A DNA stretch of 64,000 bases, taken from NCBI GenBank assembly GCA_030141605.1, contig JAQGDQ010000175.1, positions 62,001-126,000 on the forward strand. Direction: 5' to 3'. Of the stretch, positions 25,501 through 39,140 are shown piece by piece (positions within the stretch are counted from its first letter, which is position 1; each line of letters begins with the position of its first letter). The position numbers and the translations under genes were made by a program. The notes under the pieces were generated by a model. The model did not search any database and was not told where the DNA came from. It saw only the letters and a list, made by a program, of their open reading frames with translations. This DNA is from Tubiluchus corallicola (lineage: Eukaryota; Animalia; Priapulida).

Positions 25501-28500
25501 TATGAAATCTGTAATAACGATGCCATCACAAAGAACTAGAATATTAATACGTTGTACTTAGTTTATATGTTTGTGTGCCTATGTTTTTGACGATACTTTA
25601 CTCCAGGAATCATCATCGCCACATGGAAGTTGTGATCTTTCGAGCTGCCTTCCTTAAAATTGCATTTTTCGAAATTCCAATGTAATGTTTTTCACCTCTT
25701 CAATTCATTTCAAATTTTCCAGATATAGCAAATAATGTCAGCACACTATATTACAATAAAAAAAACTCTTCCTGTTATTGTAATACAATTTTGTTTAGCT
25801 AGTATATGTCTGGTCTGAAGGCTATTGGATTAAGAATATTTTAAACTGGCAGGCGCTGTAGCCAAATTAGCCAACTAAGGTTAGTTCTATATAACTTCAA
25901 AGTTGTACCAATCTTATTTTAAAATAGGTACTTTTTTCCTATCAATTTTCTGGAAGGTATCCACTTAGATTTTGCCTCATTGATTTCATACATGCCAATT
26001 GAAACTGTCAAGGATTATGAAAACATTCTGTCTCGATTCGATGCTTTTCCGACACAGGTAATATATGATAGTGAGTAACGATATTATTCTGTTATAGCTA
26101 TACATGCACTGTGGATAGTCTTTATAATAATTTTGAATTTAGTTTTTCTGTCATTAACAAAATGAACTACTATACAGGTTTATTTGTGAACATGTACAAT
26201 TAGCATTTGAACTCTTTTCAGATTGATGAGATTCAAGAACTTTTACAAGAAGCTATCATTCAAGGATTTACATACCCTGCTGAGGCTATGGTAAAATTGT
26301 GTTAATATGCAATTTTTGAGGGATAACTAAGCCTTGTTGCTGTTGTCGTCATTGCCGTATTCATCATTTTGTTCCAGTGCAATGAAATTAAAAATAATAA
26401 CAATAAGAATACATGTTAATGTTATGCCGTTTTAGCCGTTTCTGTTGTTGTTGTTGTTGTCGTCGTCGTCGTTAGCGTCGTTGTTTGTTGCAAGTGTCGT
26501 AATCACTATCGATGTTGTACGGAGCCCCCTAAGGGACATAGTGAAAAAATTTTAATTCGTGGCCACGAATTACTAATCCGCGCGCACGAATTACTAATCC
26601 GTGCGCACGAAATACTAATCCGAGCGCACGAAATATTAATCCGTGCGCACGAAATATTAATCCGTGCACACGAAATGCTGGCCACGGATTAATACAATCG
26701 TGCGCACAGATTCAGATCAATGAATGACAACTGCTGCAAGTAGCTACTCTTTGCTTTATATCAGTTTTACGAAAAGATGAGTTAAACTAGATAGTGAGAC
26801 TAACCAGTGTGCACGATACCCATAACTAAGTATAACTTGCGGATTTCTAGTCTAATGTGGTTTATCCTATTTTCCTCTGTTACAACTTTGTCCTGTTTTC
26901 AAATTTTGTCTTCTAACTCTTGCACTTAAACACTTGCAGCTGAGCGCCTACATCAGTTTTCTAGCAAATACCAATACATGCAAATTTCTACAGGCAACAG
27001 CAGGTACCATTTTAAAAGTCTTTGGTATGACCCGGCCGCAGTATCAGACTCTTACCAGGTGGAAAGCGGACGCGTTACCATTAAGCTAAACCGACTGGTC
27101 ATTGTATTATGTATTATATATTAGAATCGTCTGGTTCTACGCATTGTAGTAGGAGTTACTCGATGTTAATGTCTTTCGCCTCTATGTGGGCGCCTTAAGA
27201 ATCGCAATTTTTAAAAGCCAGTGTACGCGTCTACGCCATTAGTTCCTAAAAATTAATGATTCATAATTCATTTTATTGTGTGAGTAAAAATGTAAAATTA
27301 CAATACATAGAAAAGCATGTATTCCGCACATCATCAAAATAATTAATTTGCATTTCATTACAAAGTAATATTAACATTAACTACATAGTAATTACAAATC
27401 ATACTGTTGCTGATCACACTGTAGAATTAAAGTTAAAAATGTCTTCTACATCGCTTAAGCTTTTATTATACTAGTTTCTCTAGTATATCTAATGCATATT
27501 GTCATAATGCTCGATGCATAATATTGTAGTACCCTTATTAAGTTAAGTCTCACATTACTCAGGTCAGTTTTACTGTCTACTGAAAGTATATTTTACTGAA
27601 AAAAGGTTAAATCAGTCTGATAGTGCCATCTCTTACTAAATATTATACTAAACGTTTTTAGTATTATAGTATACAGTTAAAATAGACTTTTACTTAGAAT
27701 CATGTGCGTTACACAACTAACCTACTGTGACTAGAATGATGTCTGCATATTTTACAAAATCAGTCATATCTGTCTTTGAAAGCATTTGTACTGGTGGTCA
27801 ACGCAATTCCACAGAGAAACAATTCGATTACTAAAAAAGAACTACGTTAAATTCTACGTTCTATTGGATTCAAGAGCAAAACACAGCAAGTCATAGCTTA
27901 GATACATAAATATGTAAAAACATGGGGACTTATTATTGTTTGCAATTAATTTTCAAGTCTTTTAGATGCAGTTGAGATGTGATACAATGATAATAATAAG
28001 AACAGAACAACAATGACAGCAACAATAACAACAACAAAAACAATAATAATATTATTAAAAATTTATTATGCTAGCCATTAAAGGTTTGGCATTTTGCGAG
28101 ATTTGTCATTGGATTGAAAAACGCACATAATCACTAATCAATCGTTTCTTCTTTGAAGAAACCATGAAACTCAAGTGTAAATTAGTATTTCGTGCGCACG
28201 GATTATACGAATTAAATTTTTTTTGCCATATCTCTAGCAGTCACAATTTACGCGCTTTCTCAATATCGTTGCTGGTACTACTTTTGTCACTGTTATTACG
28301 ACAAAGTAAAGCTAGCTTGTACCTTCGTAAATTTATGATTGCGTTTTTTTAATATGTGTAACTTCCTGCAGTGCTTTGCTCATAACAATGCCAATGCTTT
28401 TTTGCAAAATCAGTGTCGGTTTTTCTTCGGTGTATTTGTCAAATTACATCTTAAAATATGGAAATCTTATATAGAATATGGAATTGCTACAAGAAAAACA

Positions 28501-31500
28501 AAAATGAGCAGAAATCATTAAAAACGTGTATTTGTAATTGTGAAACATTCACTTTAACTGTCTGCCACTTTCAGCATAAAAACCAGGCATAATTTTGTTT
28601 CAGAAAGGCGTAATTGCTCAGTTCCAGTCTTACCACGTAGAGTTTTCAAATCAATCTATTTTCTACGAGCCATTCAAAAAAATTCCTCCTTCATTTGAAG
28701 ACAGCATCAGGTAAATTACTAGGGCAGTTAATTTTTATCGAAAAAGTGTTGCTGGTGGAAAAAAGGAAAATGATTGTCTCACAGAAAATCCTAATTTTAT
28801 AACTCTGTCCTAGAGAATCTATTCAGTCCTACGAGAGTTTATGTAGAGCTTATCATAGAGTATGAAAAACAATAAGAAATAAACACCGACGAACTGACCG
28901 ACCAAGTCAATCAACCAAATCATTAAGCAATTCAATCAACTGGCTAATTGACAAAATGGTAAGTCAATGTTTATCTTTTCAGAACTGAATTACAGACAAA
29001 GGGGCTCGAGGCCGTAGAAGGCAAAGTCTTGCCTGCTCTAAAGAAGCTCGAAGATTTCATGGAAAATGTACGAAAACTGCGGAAATGCAAGTTTAAAAGG
29101 CGGCCTAATTTACAACTGTTCGAATGTTTAAATAGTCAATAAAATTTTACGATTGACTAAATATGAACTTTACTAATGCTATGCATTGTTGTATAATATA
29201 GCAATATAACAAAGTATTTAATGATATAAAAAATTTACTGAAACTCATATACTGTATTGATTAAATGACTATGACAATGATTCCTTGAGTTGAATGTTAT
29301 CCTTCCTCCGTCAAACTTATTGACGAATAATAACTTTATTCTTATTCTCACTCTGCAGGTTAAGGTTTTATGGTCTCTAAGATATTGTAATTATAGTGGA
29401 TATTAAGTTTACATTTCTGCGCTAATAATTACATCCGTTATGCGTAGGACTACATGAAAAACCTCAGGAAAGACATTGCCATTTCTAGTGTGCCAAAAGG
29501 TCAGGAAATGTACAAGCAACTAATTACGTATTATGCAGGAACGTCAATGACTGCTGAAACAGTGCACGAGATTGGCAACAATGAAGTTAATAGAATATTG
29601 GAAAACATGTTGAAGGTAAATCTTTAGAAATTTCTTTGTAAACTGGAGGGGGAGGGAGATAAAAAGTTGCACAAGTATAGGAAAGTTATCAAAACAGCTA
29701 AAGGACAAACAAAATTTACAGACCAATTTTTTACGTACCAGTCCCAAACCATCTTTAATCGTTCTTTGACTCCCTAGCCATGTCATTCCATTCACAGTTC
29801 GGCTTATTCGGTCTACTGCTGTTACTACTATCATAAATGTAACGACAATACAGGACAAGTGTTGTAGAGTGGCGAACAGTAGGCTAGTGCTATTGCAAAA
29901 AGTGGGGTAACTCCAATAGACAAACTTTTAGGGATAAAAAGTTTTGGGTTGAAACAGCTAGCATTTACCTATTTGAAATGAATGAAATGAACAAAAAATG
30001 GAAAAATGGAATTTATTTTCTGCGGTCTCAGTGTTGCTTTGCTTTTGAAACAATGGTTAATAGTTTTGTTTTAGTTGTGTGTCTTTTTGTTTCCTGGAAC
30101 AGATTGTTGAAAGTCAATGTTTTGCAAACAAATCTGAATTTGATGAATGGCTGGAAACTAACGAAACAAATTTCTACGATAATTCAGTAAGTATTCCATT
30201 ATTAACAGCTTCATCAGAGAAACAAAAGTACTATAATTTCTCTTATGTAACTTGCCGTCACAGCATTTTAGTGAAAAAAAATAATATTTCAATAACAAAT
30301 TCAAACACTTACTAGTCATCATAATGGAATTATACCTTTGCAAATTTTTATTATCATGATTGTACTTTATTTGTTATCTCTTTATTATTCTAGCTAACAA
30401 ATGAAGATATGAAATAAGTGCTTTTTTGTGTAATTCACGCGACGTAATATGATTACCCGAAGTGTGATAGTACATAGGGCATTATACGCATTAATAAGCA
30501 AAAGTTATATATAGCGTTGCACAGTTTTACAAGTGGAAATTTCTCGAAGTGGAACTAGAAGTTGTTTGTCCAGGTGGAGGTAACAAAAAGAAGTGGTAAA
30601 CAGTCCCTCTGAGGCCTTCATTAAGTGGTTCGCGAATGTTTTTTACGTGGTGTTCAGTCGAGTTTTGCGAAAAGAACCGGCGAAAAGATTTCCATTTTGG
30701 CACCTTATACCAGCCTTTCTTCACAAAGTTTATTGGAAATCTGTTAGACAATTTTTGCAAAATAGGCTTATTGCCATAACAGAAAAAACAACCAAACAAA
30801 CAAGCTGTGTTGAAGAATAACTTCCTTTGCAAAGGGTAATAATAACTAAAATAGTTATCTCCCGCTGAAACCCTAACACTAAACACACGTCTTACTAAGT
30901 GTGCAGTTTTTTGTGCCATTTTTACCTACTTTTCCATTTGCGCCATTTTCATGTACTTTTTTTATATACATGCTGTTTTAGAATGTGGAAGCACATAGGT
31001 AATGATGATGCTATAGTAACTTAACTGACCTAGCGGTCATCGACCCAACTGTCGCTGATTACGCACGCCTATTTATTTTTTATTATTTTTCTTATAGAAT
31101 AATTTAATATTTTATTACGTGATTTTGTTTGATAAATTAATTCATTTCAACCCTATTACTGACATTACAAATACTTCTGTCACTTAGGAAAATGACTTTG
31201 TTTCGTAAATTATCTTTGTCAGTACAAATGAGGCTGATATTTCTCTCATGCCTGCGGTGTTTGTAGACTAAGAGTTTATTCTTTTACATGATGATATAAA
31301 TTTCTCCAGGATGATATAATAGCTGCCTACGAGAAAATTGTTTTTGAGGTAGTCGGACCACTGCTTCCTGAATGGTTCAAGAATTTGCCAAAGCAACCTG
31401 TTTTGTAAGCATTTTAGATATTTGTTTATATACAAAGCCCCATATTCGCAGGGCTATAGTAAATTTATACCAACATTTTTTACAATAAGCAATGACTTTT

Positions 31501-34500
31501 TTATATCGGTTTATTTTATAGTTACAATAACTGCGTACAAGAAAATTGCATTTCAGGTAATGGAATCACTGCTTCCTAAATGGTTAAAGAATTTGGCAAA
31601 GCCCCAAAGCAGCGTATTTTTGCTTTGGGGCTTTGCCAAATTCTTTAACCATTTAGGAAGCAGTGATTCCATTACCTGAAATGCAATTTTCTTGTACGCA
31701 GTTATTGTAACTATAAAATAAACCGATATAAAAAAGTCATTGCTTATTGTAAAAAAATAAAAGCATTTTTTAGATATTAGAAATGAAGTAACAATAATAC
31801 GTTTTTATGGGCTTATAACCAATTAATGTTGCATCCCCAATATGAAATTCGTTTCTTTTTCTAGACATTTCTTTGTCAACTTATTCGGCGATTTAATACT
31901 TACTCTAAGTGTCGTTTCTAGAGTAAAACCGGCGCCGGACACTACGCCAAATGCTCCTACAGGATACTACATGCCAGGAACAATTCATACACCCGGAATA
32001 TTTTATGTTAATGTGGCAGATCCAAAATATCAGTAAGTCAAATACTAAAATATTTAATATAATCGTATAGGCCTACTGCTCGTACCAGTCACTGGATAGC
32101 AATTTACATGAGAGAAACAAGTGAATGAGTCAGCCAGAAGTAACCAAGCAGTTGCGTCTTAAAGTCTGGCCCAACAAATCACCCAAATGAGATGTAAAGT
32201 TGTGTAAACACCAATAATTTACACCTCAAGTGCGCTGAAATTCACATTCTATACAACGAAGCGTTGATAATTATCACTAGTGTATATTATTGTATATGAG
32301 AGACATTATTATAATGAGTGTTCTTTGTTTTAGGCCCATACCGGAAATGGCTTCTTTGTCTTTACACGAGGCTCAGCCTGGACATCATACTCAGGTACAT
32401 ATGAGACAACAATATTAAAACTTGAGATCTATGTAGATCTTAGTTTTTTGACGTAAACATTTTAAAGTATATGTACTTGTTGCCCAATGGTATTTTATAG
32501 ATAGCCTTGTCAATAGAGAATACGGGAATCCACGAATTTCGCAGAAACGATGATACACGCAAGTATGGAGAAGCTCCGACTCATTTTCCCGTCTACGGTG
32601 CATACGTTGAGGCAAGCATTCATCTCTTATTACTGCGGTTTTCAGCTAAAATAATTTACTTTCCTGAACTGCTTAGAGTATAAATGAAAATTTTTACGAA
32701 TTTTTCTCTTTGCTGCCCGCCATCCCTGGCCAAGAATACACTTTCTATACTTAAAGAAATGTTTCACTTCGAGCATTCCCGACGCCTCATTGGGCAATTA
32801 ATCAATGCCTCGCAAGTCGTAAATGCCTCGCTACTCGTTTATGAGTAGCACTCACTCACTGGATAAAATGGCCATGTCCAGACTCACTCAGAGTTTGGCG
32901 TGTCATTATGGAAGGAATGTTCAATTGCCGATGGGTTATTAATAAAGCTCAATAGTTGTCACAGGCCTAATTAATAACGTAGTTCCAGCCGATGAATTTT
33001 AGCCAATAAGAAAGCTGAATTTCACGGATACGAGAATAACGTGGATACAACCTGTTAACTTAATATCGTCAATAACAAACATAATAAATACGATGAATGT
33101 TCATACATTAATGATTCATGTAATAGTTTTAGTTGAATTCTGATTATGCACAAAATGTTTTGCTATGAAGTTCTGTCATCAGTTCATTGTTTGCACAAAG
33201 GCAATATACTTGGTTTGCATCAGTGAGCTTTTGTTTTCATTATAAGTTTGTGAACGTTTAGCGTACATTTTTATGCAAATGCAATGAAAACATTTGTTTC
33301 TTGAAACTGTAATCTACATGAAGGATATTTTTAGGGATGGGCGTTATATTCGGAAAAGCTTGGCGAAGAAATGGAGGTTTATAAGAACGAGCTAGAATTG
33401 TAAGCAAAAAAGTTATTTATAAACTACAACTATAGGGTATCAACAAAAATGCAAAGAAGTATTCAAAATTATTGATTTAGCTGAGCAGTTCATGGTATGT
33501 GAATAGCAACCAAAGTTAAGCAAAATTTGGCCTAGTTGGAACGTTTCAGCTAATAGAACCACTGTGTAATTAAGAAAGCAGGCATGCAAAGGGTTGCAGA
33601 TAGTAGGCCCGGCCATACCGTTTGAAAATCTAAATTTAGTTACATGTGGTAACTAGTTACCGTAGGTACATGCTAGTTTGAGCCATTGAAAGCAGTTGAC
33701 CTGACGCGGGTAGTTTAATAAACGTGTCGCTAGTTTTAGTATTATCCCATCAACAGCACAGTATTGCAGGCTGATCCCACAGAAAGTAAAATTTATAATA
33801 TTGCCATATTCGAAAATAATATTTTTCTTTGTAATTCAAAGATATGGACGATATTTAAACGAGATGTTACGAGCATGTCGCCTTGTCGTGGACAGTGGAA
33901 TGCATGCCCTTGGGTAAGGCTTAAATCATTCGTAATTAAATAATGCTATAAAAGAACATTTCACGGGTATGAAATAATCCTTGAAAACTGTACAATAAAA
34001 ATGATAATTATACGAAAGTTCTTGCAGCGATACAATACAGTGCGAGCATTAAAAGTGCATTTTTATCATATTGTTGAATCCTATGAATATTTATCATATG
34101 GCAATGAATGTAAGATCAATTTAATGGTGAAACAATCAGCAACATTAAATTTTTGTTCGAGTTTGTATATATATAAATATGTATTTTTGTAATGTATCCA
34201 TATCATACTATAACCTGCGGGTACCATGTGCGGCTCAATCCCGTAAGCTCACCGTTTGGTCAATAAAGCCAAAGCTCAACGTCTTAATAACGTTCATGTT
34301 CATTTTATTATCAGAGCAGAGTCGTATTAGACTTCTGATTTTTTGTGTAAAAGTCTCTCTGCTAGTTGTAAAAATAGCTATGTCATCCATTAGTAATAAC
34401 CTGTGGAGACCTTGTAAGCTTGGCACCAAGAGATTTTAGTTTAGTTTAAACTTTTTTTATTTAATGTAGATTTACAATATAGACAACTTCTGATAATGGT

Positions 34501-37177
34501 ATTTCCACGGTATTTTACAGATTTCTCCAAAAGATTTTATAAATCTCATTAGTAGAGCCACATACAAACAGAATAATAAGGAAAGTGAACCTCGGTGATC
34601 CTTGTTTGACGCTGTAATTGCAGCCAAAGATTATGTCCCCTGTATAGGGCTCTTTCGTAGTGTTGTATATATGAGTAATGGCAGGTAGCACACGCCCATA
34701 CCTGTGTCGTTTCAACACTTGCAGTAACGTCCTACCAACACGACCAAAGGCTTTCTCAATGGCTAGTATGGCTAGTATGGCCATACTCCATGCTAAAAGA
34801 AAATCATCGTTCAATAGACCCGACTTTAACAGATGAACTAAATACATTAGACAATCCATGTTCAAATATCGAAAAAGACACGTCTGGACACGTCTGTAAA
34901 TGACTAGAGAAACAAAAACAATTGTACAAACAGTAAGCGTTTAACGTTTTGTGTGATTGCCGAGTGAGAACTTTGATTGGTATGACATCACGCTCAATAA
35001 TAACGGGTGAAAACAAAATCAATCAAACAATGATCGCTGGTAGAATAAAATTAGTCATTGAGTATCATAAGCTGTTTTGCGCGTACTTACTAAAAGACCT
35101 CAACCTTTCTTTAAAAAGCATTAAAAATCAGATGGAAGAGGAGCTGAAATATTATAATTAAATTTTAATCACATGTAGTCATTTATTTTAGTTGTGAAAT
35201 TTAATAATCCTGACCTTACTCATTTAATTAAAATAATTACTAGAATTGCACGATATTGATTTAAATTTAATTCAGAGTCGCTGTCAAGAGCTTTTTGGGA
35301 TTGTTGATGGGTTTTCAACATAGCCTACTTTTCGTAGTTGCCTGTTAAAACAGTCCTTTTTGAAAGCTGTAAAAGAAGATTTTAATAACAACGTGTTGTA
35401 ATAGTTTTCATTTGCAGGATCATGTAGCTCTAAAATCAGTTGTTTCGTGTCATAGTGTTATCATTTTAGTTTAACTTTAGGTGGTCGAGACAGAAAGCCA
35501 TAGATTTCATGAAACAAAACCTTGCTAACGCAGATTCTACTATAGAAAATGAAATCGACAGATATATTGCTTGGCCAGGACAAGTACGTACAAGAGCTTT
35601 AGCTGTAGTAAAAGAGCGTTATTTTTGATAATTATTGTCCTTTGTAGCTTGATGTTCACTAGGATTTTTATATCCTGCTTTGTTAGTTTGCTCCACTGCA
35701 TTTTAGTGGCTTTTTCCTCCATGACATCCACTTACTTATGTTTTCAGATCCAACCATCATTTGCCACCGCCCCTTTAAACTGTTGTAAACTGAAACAATA
35801 CCGTCAAATCACAAAATACGAAAGGCGTTGTAAATTTGGAAAATATTACTTGGATCAGCTAACTTTGTACTAACAAGTGGGTTTAAATGTACCTCTTACC
35901 TACCAAACAGGCACCATCGTTTTGACTCTTCTCGTTGTACGACAAGAGATTTTGACCACAGTACAGTGTAATTTTCGTTTCCAGTTGTTAAAGAACAAAG
36001 TAACATTTCACTTATTTTGCAGCTCTTCGTAATATATTGTATTTTCAAATTCAGTAATTGTCCATGAATTCAATACGTATCATACGTATAGTTTTTTTTA
36101 TTAAACCCTGTTTTTGAATAATACCTTTATATTCCGTTTAAAGAATGGCCAGTATGCATTTAGTTTATGAAAATTGCTTAGTCCGTATGGTTCAAAGATA
36201 AAAAATTGTTATAATATCAGCATTCAGCATTCAATGAACTAAGGATTAAATGTATTTTACATTTAGGTTAATGTTGCTGATAATAGCATTTTTTAAATTT
36301 AGGCACATGACAAGTTTAGGCACTTGGCAGAAGCTGCATTTAGTAAAGCTTTTAGTGAAGCTTAACAATTCTGTTGATTTTATCGTTTATTTAGATCACC
36401 AAGTTTTACTACTGACGTTATAAAGTTTCTTCATATTTCACAGGCATTATCTTACAAACTAGGAGAGATCAAGATTGTGGAGGAGAGAGAAAGGGCTGAA
36501 AGAGAATTAGGTAATGACAAAAGCCAGTAAGTACAATATTGGCATAGACTGAAAAAAGCCAGTAAGTGCAATACTGTTGCACACAGGAAAAAACAGTAAG
36601 TGCAACAGTAAAGATAGCAAGTGCAGTATTGTTGTACATTGGTACACTGATAATACCGTACGCTGACCTACACCTCAAGGTTTGCATAATTTTTAACCGA
36701 AAGGCGAAAAGCCAATGAGTCAGTCATTGAGGAGCATTGCTGTGCAACATGAAAAGTAAAGGTCCGATGGTGAAGCCTTGTAGAATGGAAAAAACAACTG
36801 CACAAAGGGCCAGACTTAATATTATTGTTATTGAATATGAAGTAAAATGCTGTAAAATTTGATTTTAATAAGCTAGTATTAGACTATTCCCAAGAGAGGG
36901 ATAATAGCTTATTAAGTTTCAGCTGCACCAGTGTATACACAGCACAATGCAAATCGTATCAAATAACATTGTTCGTATAATGTCATGCTATGAAAGCATG
37001 AAACATTTAAGATTTACTAAACAATAATAGTTGTTACAATAACTTCCTTGTGTTTAATTGTTTGCAGGAGAAAAATTCAGCGTCAAAGAATTTCATGACC
37101 TGTTTCTTCAGCTAGGATCAGTAAATCTCGACGTATTCACAGAAACCATTAGTGACTACATCGCGTCTCATCAGTAA
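22509..37177 (+). CDS. DUF885-family protein, copy 2 (~606 aa, 17 coding exons)
   Basis: Exons 22509-22757, 25216-25349, 25928-26057, 26222-26290, 28604-28710, 28983-29067, 29448-29615, 30103-30186, 31310-31404, 31922-32032, 32334-32394, 32501-32611, 33335-33399, 33842-33913, 35481-35583, 36444-36510, 37068-37177; every exon has the same length and phase as copy 1, no stops; HEAQPGHH and EGWALY intact. Confidence 0.92.
22894..24560. mobile_element. Non-autonomous DNA transposon with inverted arrays of 15-bp subterminal repeats (possibly MULE-like), copy 2 intron 1
   Basis: GACACTTGGGCAC-type units at 22896-22977 and their reverse complements (GCCCAAATGTC, GCTCAAGTGTC, GCAAATGTCTTGTCC) at 24450-24560; CTTTT(T)AT on both flanks may be a TSD. 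Confidence 0.55.
26518..28230. mobile_element. ~1.7 kb copy-2-specific non-autonomous DNA transposon with 21-bp tandem subterminal repeats
   Basis: Inserted relative to copy 1 (10383/10397); begins TACGGAGCCCCCTAAGGGACAT, ~5 copies of CACGAA(T/A)TA(C/T)TAATCCGTGCG at 26564-26676, inverted copy of the unit at 28186-28205; right terminus truncated. Confidence 0.7.
26991..27100 (-). mobile_element. tRNA-derived SINE fragment
   Basis: Reverse complement: A-box-like TAGCTTAATGGTAACGCGTCCGC followed by CCGGGTCATACCAAAGACTTTTAAAATGGTACCTGCTG, a body sequence resembling widespread metazoan SINEs (family not verified). Confidence 0.6.
31476..31756. repeat. Perfect inverted repeat, 136-bp arms, 9-nt loop, covering the exon-9 pseudo-exon of copy 2
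   Basis: 31476-31611 is the reverse complement of 31621-31756; left arm reads TITAYKKIAFQVMESLLPKWLKNLAKPQS. Confidence 0.95.
34200..34930 (-). mobile_element. Decayed non-LTR retrotransposon RT, copy 2 intron 14
   Basis: Minus ORFs 34515-34865 (IEKAFGRVGR..SVKQGSP..LIILF) and 34235-34429 (LHRLLLMDDIAIFTTSR..MNMNVIKT) are consecutive RT subdomains. Confidence 0.75.
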
Positions 37178-38131
37178 CTTACAACCTCGACCTTTTACAG
37201 ACGTGAAAAGCCATTGGACGTGAATAAGGAATAATAAGTTTGGCAGAAGTTAATATTGAAGAATTGCCTGAAAGTCTGCTGTAAAACCTTGCTGGGAGAA
37301 AGCTATAGATTACCTAATTTCCTGAGCCACATCACAATTTTGTTATTATCATAGATCATGCTTTATTTTTAACTTTAAATCAATTTTTTTTGCCTTGTAG
37401 ACGCTCATGTCAACCACGAGGAATTTTATATTTGTTTACAAGTGACTTTAAAATTATGACAAATGTAGGAACAATGTTTATGCGTATCGTGCCCAATAAC
37501 TAGGCCTGGAAAAAACAATACACCTAATACAAGACAATAAAAATGTCTTTTTGCTAACGAGTGCCAATGGTGTACTCAGTCACTAATATAATCAGTGAAC
37601 AGACACGAGAAGTTTACGACAAACTGTATATTTTTCTGTTACTATTATACTATAATACCTATAATGTTATATGTTATAACGTTGCATTGTAAGTACTTTG
37701 TTAAAAAGCTAAAAGTTATAAACTTTAATTATTGTAATTATTGTTGAAATAATGACCTCAGACATAATTAAAACGTACGCACAATTGATTTGCAGTCAAT
37801 GATCATTATGTATCATATACACATTCAATTTCACTCATTTAGTCTCATTAAGACAACTATTCTATATCGACTTCACATTTAATTAAATGTACTAATTTAT
37901 TTAAAAGTACTTGCATAACATGTTCACAATAAAACACTCAGGAAGTTTCGACCTGCTTGAGTTCTTTTTTCAACTGTGGTATCTGGAATGCAATATTATG
38001 TATGCGTTAATTTGCGGTTTCTATACCAGTAGTGTTCATCAGCAAGTTAGTGCAAATTTGGCTCATATACACTAAGATATTGTTTCTACAAATGGTTAAT
38101 ATGTGTATCACAAATTGTTGATATGTGATAT

Positions 38132-38250
38132 AAAAATTATTAACAAATTAGAAATCATAATTACTAACTTTAAACTGTTTCCATATGGAATATATATATG
38201 GAAACAGTTTAAAGTTAGTAATTATGATTTCTAATTTGTTGATAATTTTT
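38132..38250. repeat. Near-perfect inverted repeat, 55-bp arms, 9-nt loop, downstream of copy 2
   Basis: 38132-38186 pairs with 38196-38250 with one mismatch (T38141/G38241); copy 1 has only the right arm (~20453-20507). Confidence 0.92.
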
Positions 38251-38901
38251 GTATAATTTATAAAGACAGAATCTAGTGGTCAATGACAGAGCTACTCAGT
38301 TTTTATGTTTGTGGCCAGACTGGAAGCTAGGTCATTATCAAAGATAATCCTCTAAACTGAGATGAGGCACTGAACTGGCAGGGGTATTTTAGGCACGTCT
38401 TGATAGTGTACATCCTCTCCCAACTGGGTAAATAGTCAGAATGAGTGTCGCAAATGATACTTCCCAGAGAGAATCTTGAACCCAATGGATCACGAAACAG
38501 TCAAAGACCAGCCTCGGCATTATTTTAACTTAGTTAATCAGGTCTTGTCATTGTTGTGGATGGAAGTAAAAACCTGTAAAAGTCGTTTCATCGCTTTTTG
38601 ATGCTGATATTGGTTATTCTCTTTTCCTGCCCGGTAATTTTGAAAATTATCCAGGAACTCATTTTCCAAGAACACAACCGTAGACAAATGTAAACCGTGA
38701 CTGCAATCATATTACCTGTTTATTTACTTTACAATCTTTATTATAAACTATAATAGCGCAATGCAATATAGGCGGAGTAATGGCTCTTCTCAAGACAACA
38801 GGAAAAGTGTCTCTTGAGAGAGGTTTTTCGTATGTTTTCCTGCAATCCAATATATCCTTTGATGTGCTGACACAGGTATTGGAACAAGACAAGACAATGT
38901 C

Positions 38902-39140
<239 letters not shown>

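Noticed and set aside
26557-26676. 21-bp regular repeats as a CRISPR array
   Set aside because: Head-to-tail with no unique spacers, eukaryotic intron, inverted copy at the other end of the insert: transposon subterminal repeats.
31422-31679. Functional mutually exclusive exon 9b
   Set aside because: Acceptor missing in copy 1; in copy 2 the acceptor phase is incompatible and the donor is displaced by the palindrome.
38540-38900. Head-to-head SELENOF partner of HS2ST as in vertebrates
   Set aside because: Minus-strand frames show no CGU/CxxC or other SELENOF motifs; segment left unassigned.
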